Shown piece after piece: positions 54,675 to 61,575 of a DNA stretch of 64,000 nt. The DNA comes from Arenicellales bacterium (GTDB lineage Bacteria > Pseudomonadota > Gammaproteobacteria > Arenicellales > JAJDZL01). The notes beneath the pieces were generated by a model. That model was not told the origin of the DNA. It worked only from the letters and a program-made list of their open reading frames with translations, and did no database searches. The translations under genes were made by a program, and so were the position numbers. Each line of letters begins with the position of its first letter. The first letter of the stretch is position 1. Location: positions 550,149 to 614,148 of the forward strand of contig OX638343.1 of the NCBI GenBank assembly GCA_951813075.1. Reading direction: 5' to 3'.

Positions 54675-55037
54675 ATGGATTATCAATTAAACATTTCAGA
54701 ATCAGAAATGAAGGTAACAGAAGCTGCCGGTAATAAGATGGCAGAGCTGATTCAATCAACCGACGAAGAAATCAAAGGTATTCGGGTTTATGTGTCAGGA
54801 GGAGGTTGCGGAGGCATGAGTTATGGGATGACTTATGCTGATTCCGAATCCCAATATGACCGGGTACTGAATGGTGATAATTTTCGCCTTTTTGCTGATG
54901 TAGTCGCCCTCCAATACCTTTCAGGTGCTGAAATCGACTATGTCGACGATGGAATACAAGCGACCTTCGTATTCCACAATGTCTTCCAATCTGTAGGTGG
55001 TACAGGTGCGTGTGGCGGTTGCGGCGCAGCACAATAA
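54675..55037 (+). CDS. HesB/IscA (A-type Fe-S carrier) family protein with atypical C-terminal Cys motif
   Basis: The stretch IRVYVSGGGCGGMSYGMTYAD matches the ErpA/IscA core ([21 protein letters not shown]). The C-terminus reads GACGGCGAAQ instead of the usual CGCG-x-SF. I preferred the ATG at 54675 to the GTG at 54642. Confidence 0.85.
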   Translation: MDYQLNISESEMKVTEAAGNKMAELIQSTDEEIKGIRVYVSGGGCGGMSYGMTYADSESQYDRVLNGDNFRLFADVVALQYLSGAEIDYVDDGIQATFVFHNVFQSVGGTGACGGCGAAQ

Positions 55038-55136
55038 ATAGTAATCGCTAGCGTTAGCTTTTCAGAAACAATCAATAAATCGCAGAAAGCGATTGTTCTG
55101 ATCGCTCCATCATACAGTTATCGCTCATCCGTATAT

Positions 55137-56348
55137 TTGTCGGCTTCGGACCGGCAAGGTATACCAATCATACTTGTAACGGATGGTGATTCAGAGCTTT
55201 CACCAAAGTATCGTGCGGGATTTCGTGTAGATTTTTCAGCTACGAATTTCGTTGTCGATTCAATAGTTGACCAATTGGAGGACAAAGAAATCTGTGCAGT
55301 GATCGCGCCAGATGAAAAATTCGTTGGAATTGCAGCAAACGTTGCTCGACGATTGAATCTGCCACACAACCGCGTTGAATCTATCCAGACATCGGTCAAC
55401 AAGGTTTTGGCCAGAACTGTATTGTCGAAGTCGAAAGTACTTGTCCCACAATTTTGGACGGTTGAGCTTGACGGGGAAATTGCGATACAAATCAAGGATA
55501 TCCGATATCCCTGCGTTGCGAAACCTACCAGTCTATCTGCTAGTCGAGGGGTTATCCGAGCCGACAATAACGCTCAACTTATAGAGGCGATCGAACGTAT
55601 CCGAAACTTACTTCGAAAAGAACAGGGAAACGATTTAAAACAAAGAATACTGATTGAACAATACATCCCGGGGTCGGAACATTCGCTCGAAGGCTATCTT
55701 TCAAATGGCAAGTTAGAAACAATCTGTATTTTTGATAAGCCAGAGCCCATGGAAGGCCCGTTTTTTGAAGAAGTTTATTTTGTAACGCCATCAATATTAG
55801 ATAACAACATCCAAAATAAGATACGGGACTCAGTACTCGAAGCTTGCCAGGCATATGGATTGAAAATGGGGCCAATTCATGCGGAAGTTCGAATAAACAA
55901 TTCAGAAGTATGGATTCTGGAGATAGCGGCCAGATCTATCGGCGGAGATTGTGCACGATTGTTCGAGTTGGCTACAAATTCCAGTCTTGAAGAATTTATT
56001 TTGTGTAAGAGTGCAGGGCAGTCGACAAGCCGGTTGGAATTTCACCAGTCCTCTGGCGTGGCAATGATCCCAATAGCAGTTGAAGGTATACTGAGACGAG
56101 TAGAGGGTGTGACTGATGCACAATCTGTGGAAGGTGTTCTGGATGTCAGAATAGACGTTCGATCCGGCGAGAAGTTGACCCCTTTACCTGAAGGAGGGAA
56201 ATATCCCGGATTCATATACGTCCAGGCAGATACTCCACAATTGGTAGAACAGTCTCTTCGTGAGGCAATCGCCAATATAGGGTTTGTCTGTATGCCAGAA
56301 CTGCCACTAGTAGTGCGCAATGACACAGCTGCAGAATTTAGTTCGTAG
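55137..56348 (+). CDS. ATP-grasp domain protein (carboxylate-amine / L-amino-acid-ligase-like)
   Basis: The 403-aa ORF contains IRYPCVAKPTSLSASRGVIRADN, ILIEQYIPGSEHSLEGYL, FDKPEPMEGPFFEEVYFVTPS and GPIHAEVRINNSEVWILEIAARSIGG, which are typical ATP-grasp B/C-domain motifs. The start is a TTG and is uncertain. Confidence 0.8.
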   Translation: MSASDRQGIPIILVTDGDSELSPKYRAGFRVDFSATNFVVDSIVDQLEDKEICAVIAPDEKFVGIAANVARRLNLPHNRVESIQTSVNKVLARTVLSKSKVLVPQFWTVELDGEIAIQIKDIRYPCVAKPTSLSASRGVIRADNNAQLIEAIERIRNLLRKEQGNDLKQRILIEQYIPGSEHSLEGYLSNGKLETICIFDKPEPMEGPFFEEVYFVTPSILDNNIQNKIRDSVLEACQAYGLKMGPIHAEVRINNSEVWILEIAARSIGGDCARLFELATNSSLEEFILCKSAGQSTSRLEFHQSSGVAMIPIAVEGILRRVEGVTDAQSVEGVLDVRIDVRSGEKLTPLPEGGKYPGFIYVQADTPQLVEQSLREAIANIGFVCMPELPLVVRNDTAAEFSS

Positions 56349-56386
56349 AAGTTCGTCAAGTCATAATAAAATTATGCACTAAGTTG

Positions 56387-56413
56387 CGATTTCCTTTTTT
56401 CGAAGGGAAATCG
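56387..56413 (+). terminator. hairpin downstream of the ATP-grasp gene
   Basis: The arms cgatttcc and ggaaatcg form an 8-bp stem around the loop ttttttcgaag. No T-run follows the 3' arm, so its function as a terminator is uncertain. Confidence 0.3.
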
Positions 56414-56434
56414 TATTCACTATTTGTGCTCCGT

Positions 56435-56510
56435 TCCCCGGTAGCTCAGCAGGCAGAGCAGGTGGCTGTTAACCATCTTGTCGGCGGTTCGATCCCGTCC
56501 CGGGGAGCCA
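56435..56510 (+). tRNA. tRNA-Asn (anticodon GTT), CCA encoded
   Basis: I folded the cloverleaf by hand. The acceptor stem pairs tccccgg with ccgggga. The D stem is gctc/gagc. The anticodon stem is ggtgg/ccatc with loop ctGTTaa. The T arm is ggcgg-ttcgatc-ccgtc. The discriminator is g and the end is cca, giving 76 nt. Confidence 0.93.
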
Positions 56511-56548
56511 TTTTTTCGAGGACGATACAACGCCTCAATAGATAACGC

Positions 56549-56580
56549 GACGCCCCGAAGGGCGATCCCGTCGGGGCGTC
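56549..56580. other. perfect 10-bp inverted repeat (strong GC hairpin) 39 nt after the tRNA
   Basis: The sequence is gacgccccga, then agggcgatcccg, then tcggggcgtc. The stem is 10/10 complementary with a 12-nt loop. No T-run is present on either strand. Confidence 0.5.
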
Positions 56581-56913
56581 ACGTATCTAGCGTGTTTCCA
56601 CGCAGTTACGCTCTTTCCCACATTCTCCTCGATTCTCCGGTTATGAAAATCCACGTGGCGTGCCGCGTGCAATCAGGGAGGGGGTTGCGCACAGGGATCC
56701 CGCGATTTCGTTTCCGAATTCTACAATTCTCCATTTTCGTTCCGCGTTTTTTACAGCCCGTTTCCCCAAGGGCCTCCGCGCTTCGAAAATTTCTAACTGA
56801 CGCCAGTAGATATTCGGCGGAGATTGGGCCACGGGGGGCCGGCTGATCACCGGACAATCCCAAAGTGGGGATTTTTCGTCGGTGCTTTTAGGGAAATTAA
56901 AATCGGTGCTTAC

Positions 56914-57338
56914 ACCTGCGATCTCGATGGCTTCGGCCTGATTCTGGTGCAGTACGAGTTGCTTGCCAAACGTGTCGATCGGTCGTTTGAGCCTGAAGAC
57001 CTTCGCGCATTCCTCGTCGAGTGTGCCCGTTGACACGAAGTCATCGATGGACCCTCCCGGCACGAAGTTCGGGTTCAACTGGATGAGCGGAGCGGGCCAA
57101 AAACGGCCGCCCGCGTAAGCCTCATTCACGGCCTGGAGGATGTCCTCGCCCGGATATTGGTAAAGCTTCGAGAGAAGCGTTCGTATTCGGATACAAGTTT
57201 TTCTCGGAAAGCGAAGACGTCTATCAGGCACCCTCCCGTCGCTCGAACCGCCCTCGGAGACTGGGTAGACCAGCTACACGTGAGGCACGTCGAGGATGGC
57301 TTGTGTTCAAGAGTGGTTTGGTCAACGCAATGCACTCC
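56914..57338 (-). pseudogene. N-terminal fragment of an SF2 DEAD/DEAH-box helicase (frameshifted and truncated)
   Basis: Two minus-strand frames join to read ...IDVFAFREKLVSEYERFSRSFTNIRA / EDILQAVNEAYAGGRFWPAPLIQLNPNFVPGGSIDDFVSTGTLDEECAKVFRLKRPIDTFGKQLVLHQNQAEAIEIAG. This resembles the N-terminus and Q-motif region of large defence-type helicases. There is a 1-nt frameshift near 57135-57155. No Walker A or helicase core follows after about 56914. Confidence 0.6.
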
Positions 57339-57374
57339 TCATCAAGATCAAGTCGGATTCGAGATCTCATATTC

Positions 57375-58427
57375 CTAATGCCTTTGGGTTCCGTTGATCG
57401 TCGCTTCGGCATACCGAAGCTGTTCCATGACCCAACCGAAATCCGGGACATCGCCAAGGATCATGCCCTGCATAGCTCCGTAATCTCGTTCAATCACCGT
57501 ACGCAGGTCCGGCTGCGGAACCAATCTCACCGATCCGGGGATGGCTTCTTCGAACCTCTTCCAGGCCTGCCGGAACGCGGTGAGGTTGTGGCTCCGGACC
57601 GCGTCCAGCAGATCGATATCGGATAGGGCGAACCTGCCGGTCTCCGTCGCCGTGATCATCGCGACGTCGTAGTAGTGGCGTGAGATGCCATCCCTGTCGG
57701 CCGGCAGACGCTCTGCGTCCCGGTATCCGCAATGCACACCGTGCAGGATCAGTAGCTTTTCCCAATAGGTGCGCTCGGGCGCGATCACCCTGATGTCGCC
57801 CACGTCGAACGACCAGTCCGGTAGTTCGTCGGCGACATAGGGGGTGATGGTGCAGTTCAAGCTGGGATCGAGCGCCGACCTCGCTCCCGCCTCGATCCTC
57901 ACGCGCGGCGCCACATAGGCGATATCGCCGCTCGGATACAGAGTGGGGTACTCGACGAAGAGCGTCTGCCCGTCGACGTCGTCCTCATCTGGAACGACGT
58001 GGCACCCATCGACGAGATCGTCGATGAGTCTCGTCAGAGCTATCTGCAAGTCTCCGCGAATGTAGCCGCTGCAAGATGCCCTGAGTTCCATGAACAGGGC
58101 TGCCCGTCTCCTGTTCGATAGATTCTTTGCCACGGTCGGATCGCGCTCGCCTTCGAACCCGAGTGCGTCACGAAAGACGACGAGATCGATGTCCTCGGAG
58201 AACCGTTCGATGAGTCCGAAAGCCTTGGAAAGGGACGTCCCGCCCTTGAAGAGCAGGTTAGGATGCCCAACGGGCAGCCGGTTGTAGAGTGCGTCGAGAA
58301 CGAGGCAGACCCAAAAGTCCTTCTCCACATAGCCGGGCAACGTGTCGAGACGGCTTGCCGTCGCCTCGAAGACATCCTGTCTGTCCTGCTCCGGGAGGGA
58401 GAGAAAGGTTTCGGCGTTTCCAGTCAT
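57375..58427 (-). CDS. nucleotidyltransferase AbiEii/AbiGii-family toxin (type IV TA / abortive infection)
   Basis: The 350-aa ORF contains the motif LLFKGGTSLSKAFGLIERFSEDIDLVV, typical of DUF1814/AbiEii nucleotidyltransferases. It overlaps the upstream partner by 4 nt. Confidence 0.85.
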   Translation of the reverse strand: MTGNAETFLSLPEQDRQDVFEATASRLDTLPGYVEKDFWVCLVLDALYNRLPVGHPNLLFKGGTSLSKAFGLIERFSEDIDLVVFRDALGFEGERDPTVAKNLSNRRRAALFMELRASCSGYIRGDLQIALTRLIDDLVDGCHVVPDEDDVDGQTLFVEYPTLYPSGDIAYVAPRVRIEAGARSALDPSLNCTITPYVADELPDWSFDVGDIRVIAPERTYWEKLLILHGVHCGYRDAERLPADRDGISRHYYDVAMITATETGRFALSDIDLLDAVRSHNLTAFRQAWKRFEEAIPGSVRLVPQPDLRTVIERDYGAMQGMILGDVPDFGWVMEQLRYAEATINGTQRH

Positions 58428-59047
58428 ACGGCAACGGCCTCTTCACTCGTGATGCTGCGCACCAGCGGTAATGCCCATCCGGGTAGATCGCGGCTGTTTT
58501 GTAACAGGTCGCGCTTTACATCATCGGGAAGGTGACGACTCAAAGTCGAAAGGACCCGCGTGTCCGCGGCGGCGGCGGGACCAAGCCACCGCAGCGCCTG
58601 AACCACCGGGGCCGCAGGTCTTCCTGCCCATTGCATGACGCTCGGACCTGCGTGTCGGAACTGGATCGTTCGTCCGTCGATCTTGACGGTCCTCGAGTGG
58701 CCGTCAGTCACGAAGCTGACCTTCGCGGGAACCGCGTTCGTGAGCCCCAGCTGATTCGCTGCGACCAGGCCATCCGTCATGATCCTGACACCGTCCCGCC
58801 TCGCCAGCGCTGCGATGACGGCGGCCAAGTCGACCGGCGCGGGCCGATTCAGTACGTTACTGAACCGGGGCATGTCGTAGAGGCCGTGGCCGACGCGGCG
58901 CAGCTCGCCGGCTTTGACGAGCCGCGAGAGCGCCTGGTCAACGGCCTCACGGCTCCCGAGGTCCAGGAAGTCCTTCGGCGAGCACACCCAACTCCCGCTG
59001 TCGTGCGCGGACACCCTCTTCATGATCTTGTCAGCCATCGGGGTCAT
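58424..59047 (-). CDS. AbiEi-family antitoxin / transcriptional regulator (DUF6088-like)
   Basis: The 207-aa ORF has an N-terminal winged-helix-like segment AVDQALSRLVKAGELRRVGHGLYDMP. It lies immediately upstream of, and is translationally coupled to, the AbiEii gene. Confidence 0.8.
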   Translation of the reverse strand: MTPMADKIMKRVSAHDSGSWVCSPKDFLDLGSREAVDQALSRLVKAGELRRVGHGLYDMPRFSNVLNRPAPVDLAAVIAALARRDGVRIMTDGLVAANQLGLTNAVPAKVSFVTDGHSRTVKIDGRTIQFRHAGPSVMQWAGRPAAPVVQALRWLGPAAAADTRVLSTLSRHLPDDVKRDLLQNSRDLPGWALPLVRSITSEEAVAV

Positions 59048-59090
59048 CGGATCACATCCTGTTCGCGGTTAACCATTGACGATAGTCAGA

Positions 59091-59119
59091 AATATACTCT
59101 AATTATCTTACAGTGGCAA
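59091..59119 (-). promoter_or_regulatory. candidate sigma70 promoter of the abiEi-abiEii operon
   Basis: On the minus strand the sequence reads TTGCCA, then 17 nt, then TATATT. It lies in a local AT-rich patch about 45 nt upstream of the abiEi ATG. The palindromes ggttaacc (59068-59075) and tgacgatagtca (59077-59088) lie between the promoter and the start codon. Confidence 0.4.
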
Positions 59120-59166
59120 CGAAATTCTCCACAACCGCTTGATGCGTGAGCGATAGGTGTTCAACG

Positions 59167-59873
59167 ATGTGTGGCCGTTTCACCCTGAAGCTGACCTGGC
59201 GTTAGATTCACGATCTGTACAGCCTGAGGGGACCGTCGCTGCCGCTGAATCTGCAACGGCGCGCCGGCGCAGGACTTTCCGGCCTGCCGACTCGATGAGG
59301 ACGGGAACCGCTCCATCGCCCAGCTCCGCTGTGGGCTAGTGCCCGCTTGGTCCAAAGACAGCCGGATGAGCACGCACCGTGTCAATGCCCGGGCAGAGAC
59401 CGTCCACACCAATCCTTTGTTCGGTGACGCATTCCGCTCACGACGGTGCTTACACTTGGAGCCGGCCAATGGGTGGTTCGAGTGGCAACGGACCAGGCAC
59501 GGCAAGCAGCCTTTCTTCCTGGCGCTCGCGGATGGATCGCCGCTGTCGTTCGCCGCGCTGTGGGAGTACTGGAGCAAGGACGGAGAATCCTTGGAGTCCT
59601 TCGCCATCATTACGACGGCAGCCTCCCCGCCCCCTGGCCGACATCCACCATCGGCAACCGGCGATTATCGACTCCAACTGGTTCGACGACTGGCTCGATC
59701 TGACGTCGCCGGTCCCGTGGCTCCTCGAGCTGGTGCGTGAACCCCATGCCGGTCCCTACGAGAGGCGCCCCGTCAGTACCAGGGTGAATAGCGTCCAGAA
59801 CGACGACCCGGATATCACTGCTCGCGGTGCCGGAGAGGGGCCTATTCTGACCAGAGGGGCGGGAATGTCCTAA
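59167..59873 (+). pseudogene. SOS response-associated peptidase (SRAP / YedK family) pseudogene
   Basis: It starts MCGRFTLKLTWR and then hits an in-frame TAG at 59203-59205. Homology continues in the same frame (EIHDLYSLRGPSLPLNLQ). It then shifts frame (DFPACRLDEDGNRSIAQLRCGLVPAWSKD...NARAETVHTNPLFGDAFRSRRCLHLEPANGWFEWQ...FAALWEYW...ESFAIITT). A third frame follows (LADIHHRQPAIIDSNWFDDWLD...PVSTRVNSVQNDDPD). Confidence 0.78.
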
Positions 59874-59943
59874 ACATCGCTTCCGCCTCCAATTCGCTGA
59901 ATCAGAAAAGAGGAAACCGGCGACAACTGCCAAGTAATTTTAA

Positions 59944-60000
59944 TTTGAACGCGAGTAATCTTATCTGAACACCGAGTAACCTTTAACTGAACACCGCTTC
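59944..60000. repeat. three tandem imperfect ~20-22-bp direct repeats at the distal island edge
   Basis: The core tgaac(g/a)c(c)g occurs at 59946, 59966 and 59988. The first two units share tgaacNc(c)gagtaa(t/c)c. The units read tttgaacgcgagtaatc / tctgaacaccgagtaacc / actgaacaccgcttc. Confidence 0.6.
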
Positions 60001-60552
60001 TTCATTTGGTTGTTCGGTATCCTGAATCTCGTGACACATTCAAATATAAGTCTGTGACATCGCGATGACGATGACGCCATCATCGAAGAAACAAGCTACG
60101 TTTGTTCTAGAAAGGGTTTATTATCCAGAGCCGAACGGTAAGTGGTCCTGGAGAGGGTGGTGCGAGGGGAGCAATATCTCTTACCGTCAATTCAAGCGAA
60201 CTATCAATATACCTCTTGAAACAAGATTCGAGATTCAACCGACCAAATGCATATGCCAAAACTACTTGTCAAATAGGCTTCTCCGACAAAGAGGTGGGTA
60301 GCGTAGGCGATACAAGTCGTAAGATTCAGAAAAGTGCTCGGATTCTCGGACAACATTATCCCCGATTGTCTCCATCAGGCACCGCCTATAGAGTCTATAC
60401 ACGGGAGATCAGCGGATAGATGACAACTACAATGAATAGGCGATTAAATTTGACGCACTATTTCCCAAGAACCCGAATCGAGTCCCCCACGGCTCAATTT
60501 GGGATCCAGACCAGCGGTACGATCTGGACTGATTGGAAATTTCTGGAAAAAT

Positions 60553-61488
60553 TCAACTGCTCTTTGACTGTATCGACCTAAGATGGCGAGCAAACTCGTC
60601 TTTTGACATCAACTCGACGCAGCGGGTAAATCGCTCGACAGAATAAGCCCAAAAGTCCTCAGCAGGATTTTTGTTCATATGTTGGATCAAACCCCAAAGT
60701 GTCCAGAGCAGATCGCACAATGCTTTGTAGATAATCATCCGACCCACATCGTAGTCATTCGGCGAGCGGCCCAGATATCCCGTTAACAACACAATTTCCG
60801 ATTCTGACGACATTGCTCCTTCAACTGAAAGATCCCCTAGGTCCCAGTAAGGATCGTTCATTCCCGAATATTCCCAATCTACGATCCACATCTTGTCTGA
60901 TTGCTTGATAAAGTTTTCGCATAGAGGGTCGCAGTGACTAGGGACGAGATTTTCAGGATTATCCATCAGTACGGTTTGCACGGATTTACTCTGATCAACT
61001 GTTTCATGGTATCCATCTGGTAGTTCTACCGATTCTCCTTGCGCAAGTAAATCAAGATATTCATTGATCATCGAAAACACCTCAAAGCGAAATTTGAAAT
61101 TTTCACCACAATTGTGAAGCCTGCTGAATGCCTTCCCCGCCTCGCGGACTGCATTTTCATCTGATTGAAACTTTTCGCCGCTCATGGTCTCGCTGTCATT
61201 CAAATACTGTGTCAACATAAGTCCGTCTTCGGAGAAAAAGAAGACTTCCGGGCTGACTCCTGCACGTTCTGCCACTTTAGCATTGTGCTTTTCAACCGCT
61301 CGATCTATATAACTCTCGGTTCCTTCTCCTGGAATCCGAAGGCAATAGTCATTCTCCTCGGTGGAAATTCGATAAACAAGATTGGTTAAACCACCCAGAC
61401 GTTCGTAATCAATCGCACCAAGCGGAATGTTTGTCAACTGCGGCACACGCTGGATCGCATTACGTACTTCGGACTCCATAGAAATCAT
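60553..61488 (-). CDS. choline/ethanolamine kinase-like phosphotransferase (APH superfamily)
   Basis: The 311-aa ORF has the N-terminal lobe LGGLTNLVYRI and Brenner/kinase motifs PSHCDPLCENFI and WIVDWEYSGMNDPYWDLGDL. Confidence 0.8.
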   Translation of the reverse strand: MISMESEVRNAIQRVPQLTNIPLGAIDYERLGGLTNLVYRISTEENDYCLRIPGEGTESYIDRAVEKHNAKVAERAGVSPEVFFFSEDGLMLTQYLNDSETMSGEKFQSDENAVREAGKAFSRLHNCGENFKFRFEVFSMINEYLDLLAQGESVELPDGYHETVDQSKSVQTVLMDNPENLVPSHCDPLCENFIKQSDKMWIVDWEYSGMNDPYWDLGDLSVEGAMSSESEIVLLTGYLGRSPNDYDVGRMIIYKALCDLLWTLWGLIQHMNKNPAEDFWAYSVERFTRCVELMSKDEFARHLRSIQSKSS

Positions 61489-61575
61489 CTCCTAACTTAA
61501 ATCAATATTTCTAATAATTATTATTTTATATCATTATGTTACTATCACAATCTAATGTCATTTATTATTTTCCAG

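Larger units (their letters stand above)
56511..59935. mobile_element. degenerate tRNA-Asn-associated genomic island (foreign high-GC DNA, no integrase)
   Basis: Composition switches abruptly directly after the tRNA CCA end. Hand-counted lines give 37/60 GC at 57601 and 47/60 at 58561, against 27/60 at 31321 in core coding DNA. The block carries defence and DNA-damage genes, two of which are pseudogenes. Composition returns to AT-rich near 59935. Confidence 0.6.

Noticed and set aside
55118-55567. A 149-aa minus-strand ORF overlapping the 5' part of the ATP-grasp gene.
   Set aside because: It is a shadow frame of a gene with clear ATP-grasp motifs on the plus strand. Its translation has no recognisable features.
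56478-56846. A 122-aa plus-strand ORF starting inside the tRNA-Asn gene.
   Set aside because: It begins within a structural RNA gene and runs through the GC-rich hairpin and unassignable island sequence. No protein motif was recognised.
58532-59149. A 205-aa plus-strand ORF antisense to abiEi, with similar long ORFs at 57490-57765, 58040-58375, 59161-59610 and 59610-59933 inside the island.
   Set aside because: Long stop-free frames arise on all strands in 60-75% GC DNA. These translations are Arg/Pro/Gly-rich with no recognisable motifs, and they overlap genes or pseudogenes that have clear family signatures.
60148-60174. A glycine-riboswitch-like string ctggagag...gcgaggggagcaa.
   Set aside because: Only the GGAGAG and GGGGAGCAA-like pieces resemble the aptamer consensus. 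The expected CUCAGGCAA-AGGAC-type 3' element is missing. No gene follows on the plus strand, because the next genes are on the minus strand and converge.
60065-60301. A 78-aa ORF (MTMTPSSKKQATFVLERVYYPEPNGKWSWRGWCEGS...) and the overlapping 67-aa ORF at 60216-60419.
   Set aside because: There is no recognisable domain and no convincing ribosome-binding site, and the two ORFs are mutually overlapping. They are kept only as part of the unexplained-spacer finding, not as genes.
59880-60552. A search for an attR-type direct repeat of the tRNA-Asn 3' end (ggttcgatcccgtcccggggagcca) at the distal island boundary.
   Set aside because: The best match seen by eye is only the 7-mer ggggagc near 60166, which is consistent with chance. 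The island limits are therefore defined by composition only.
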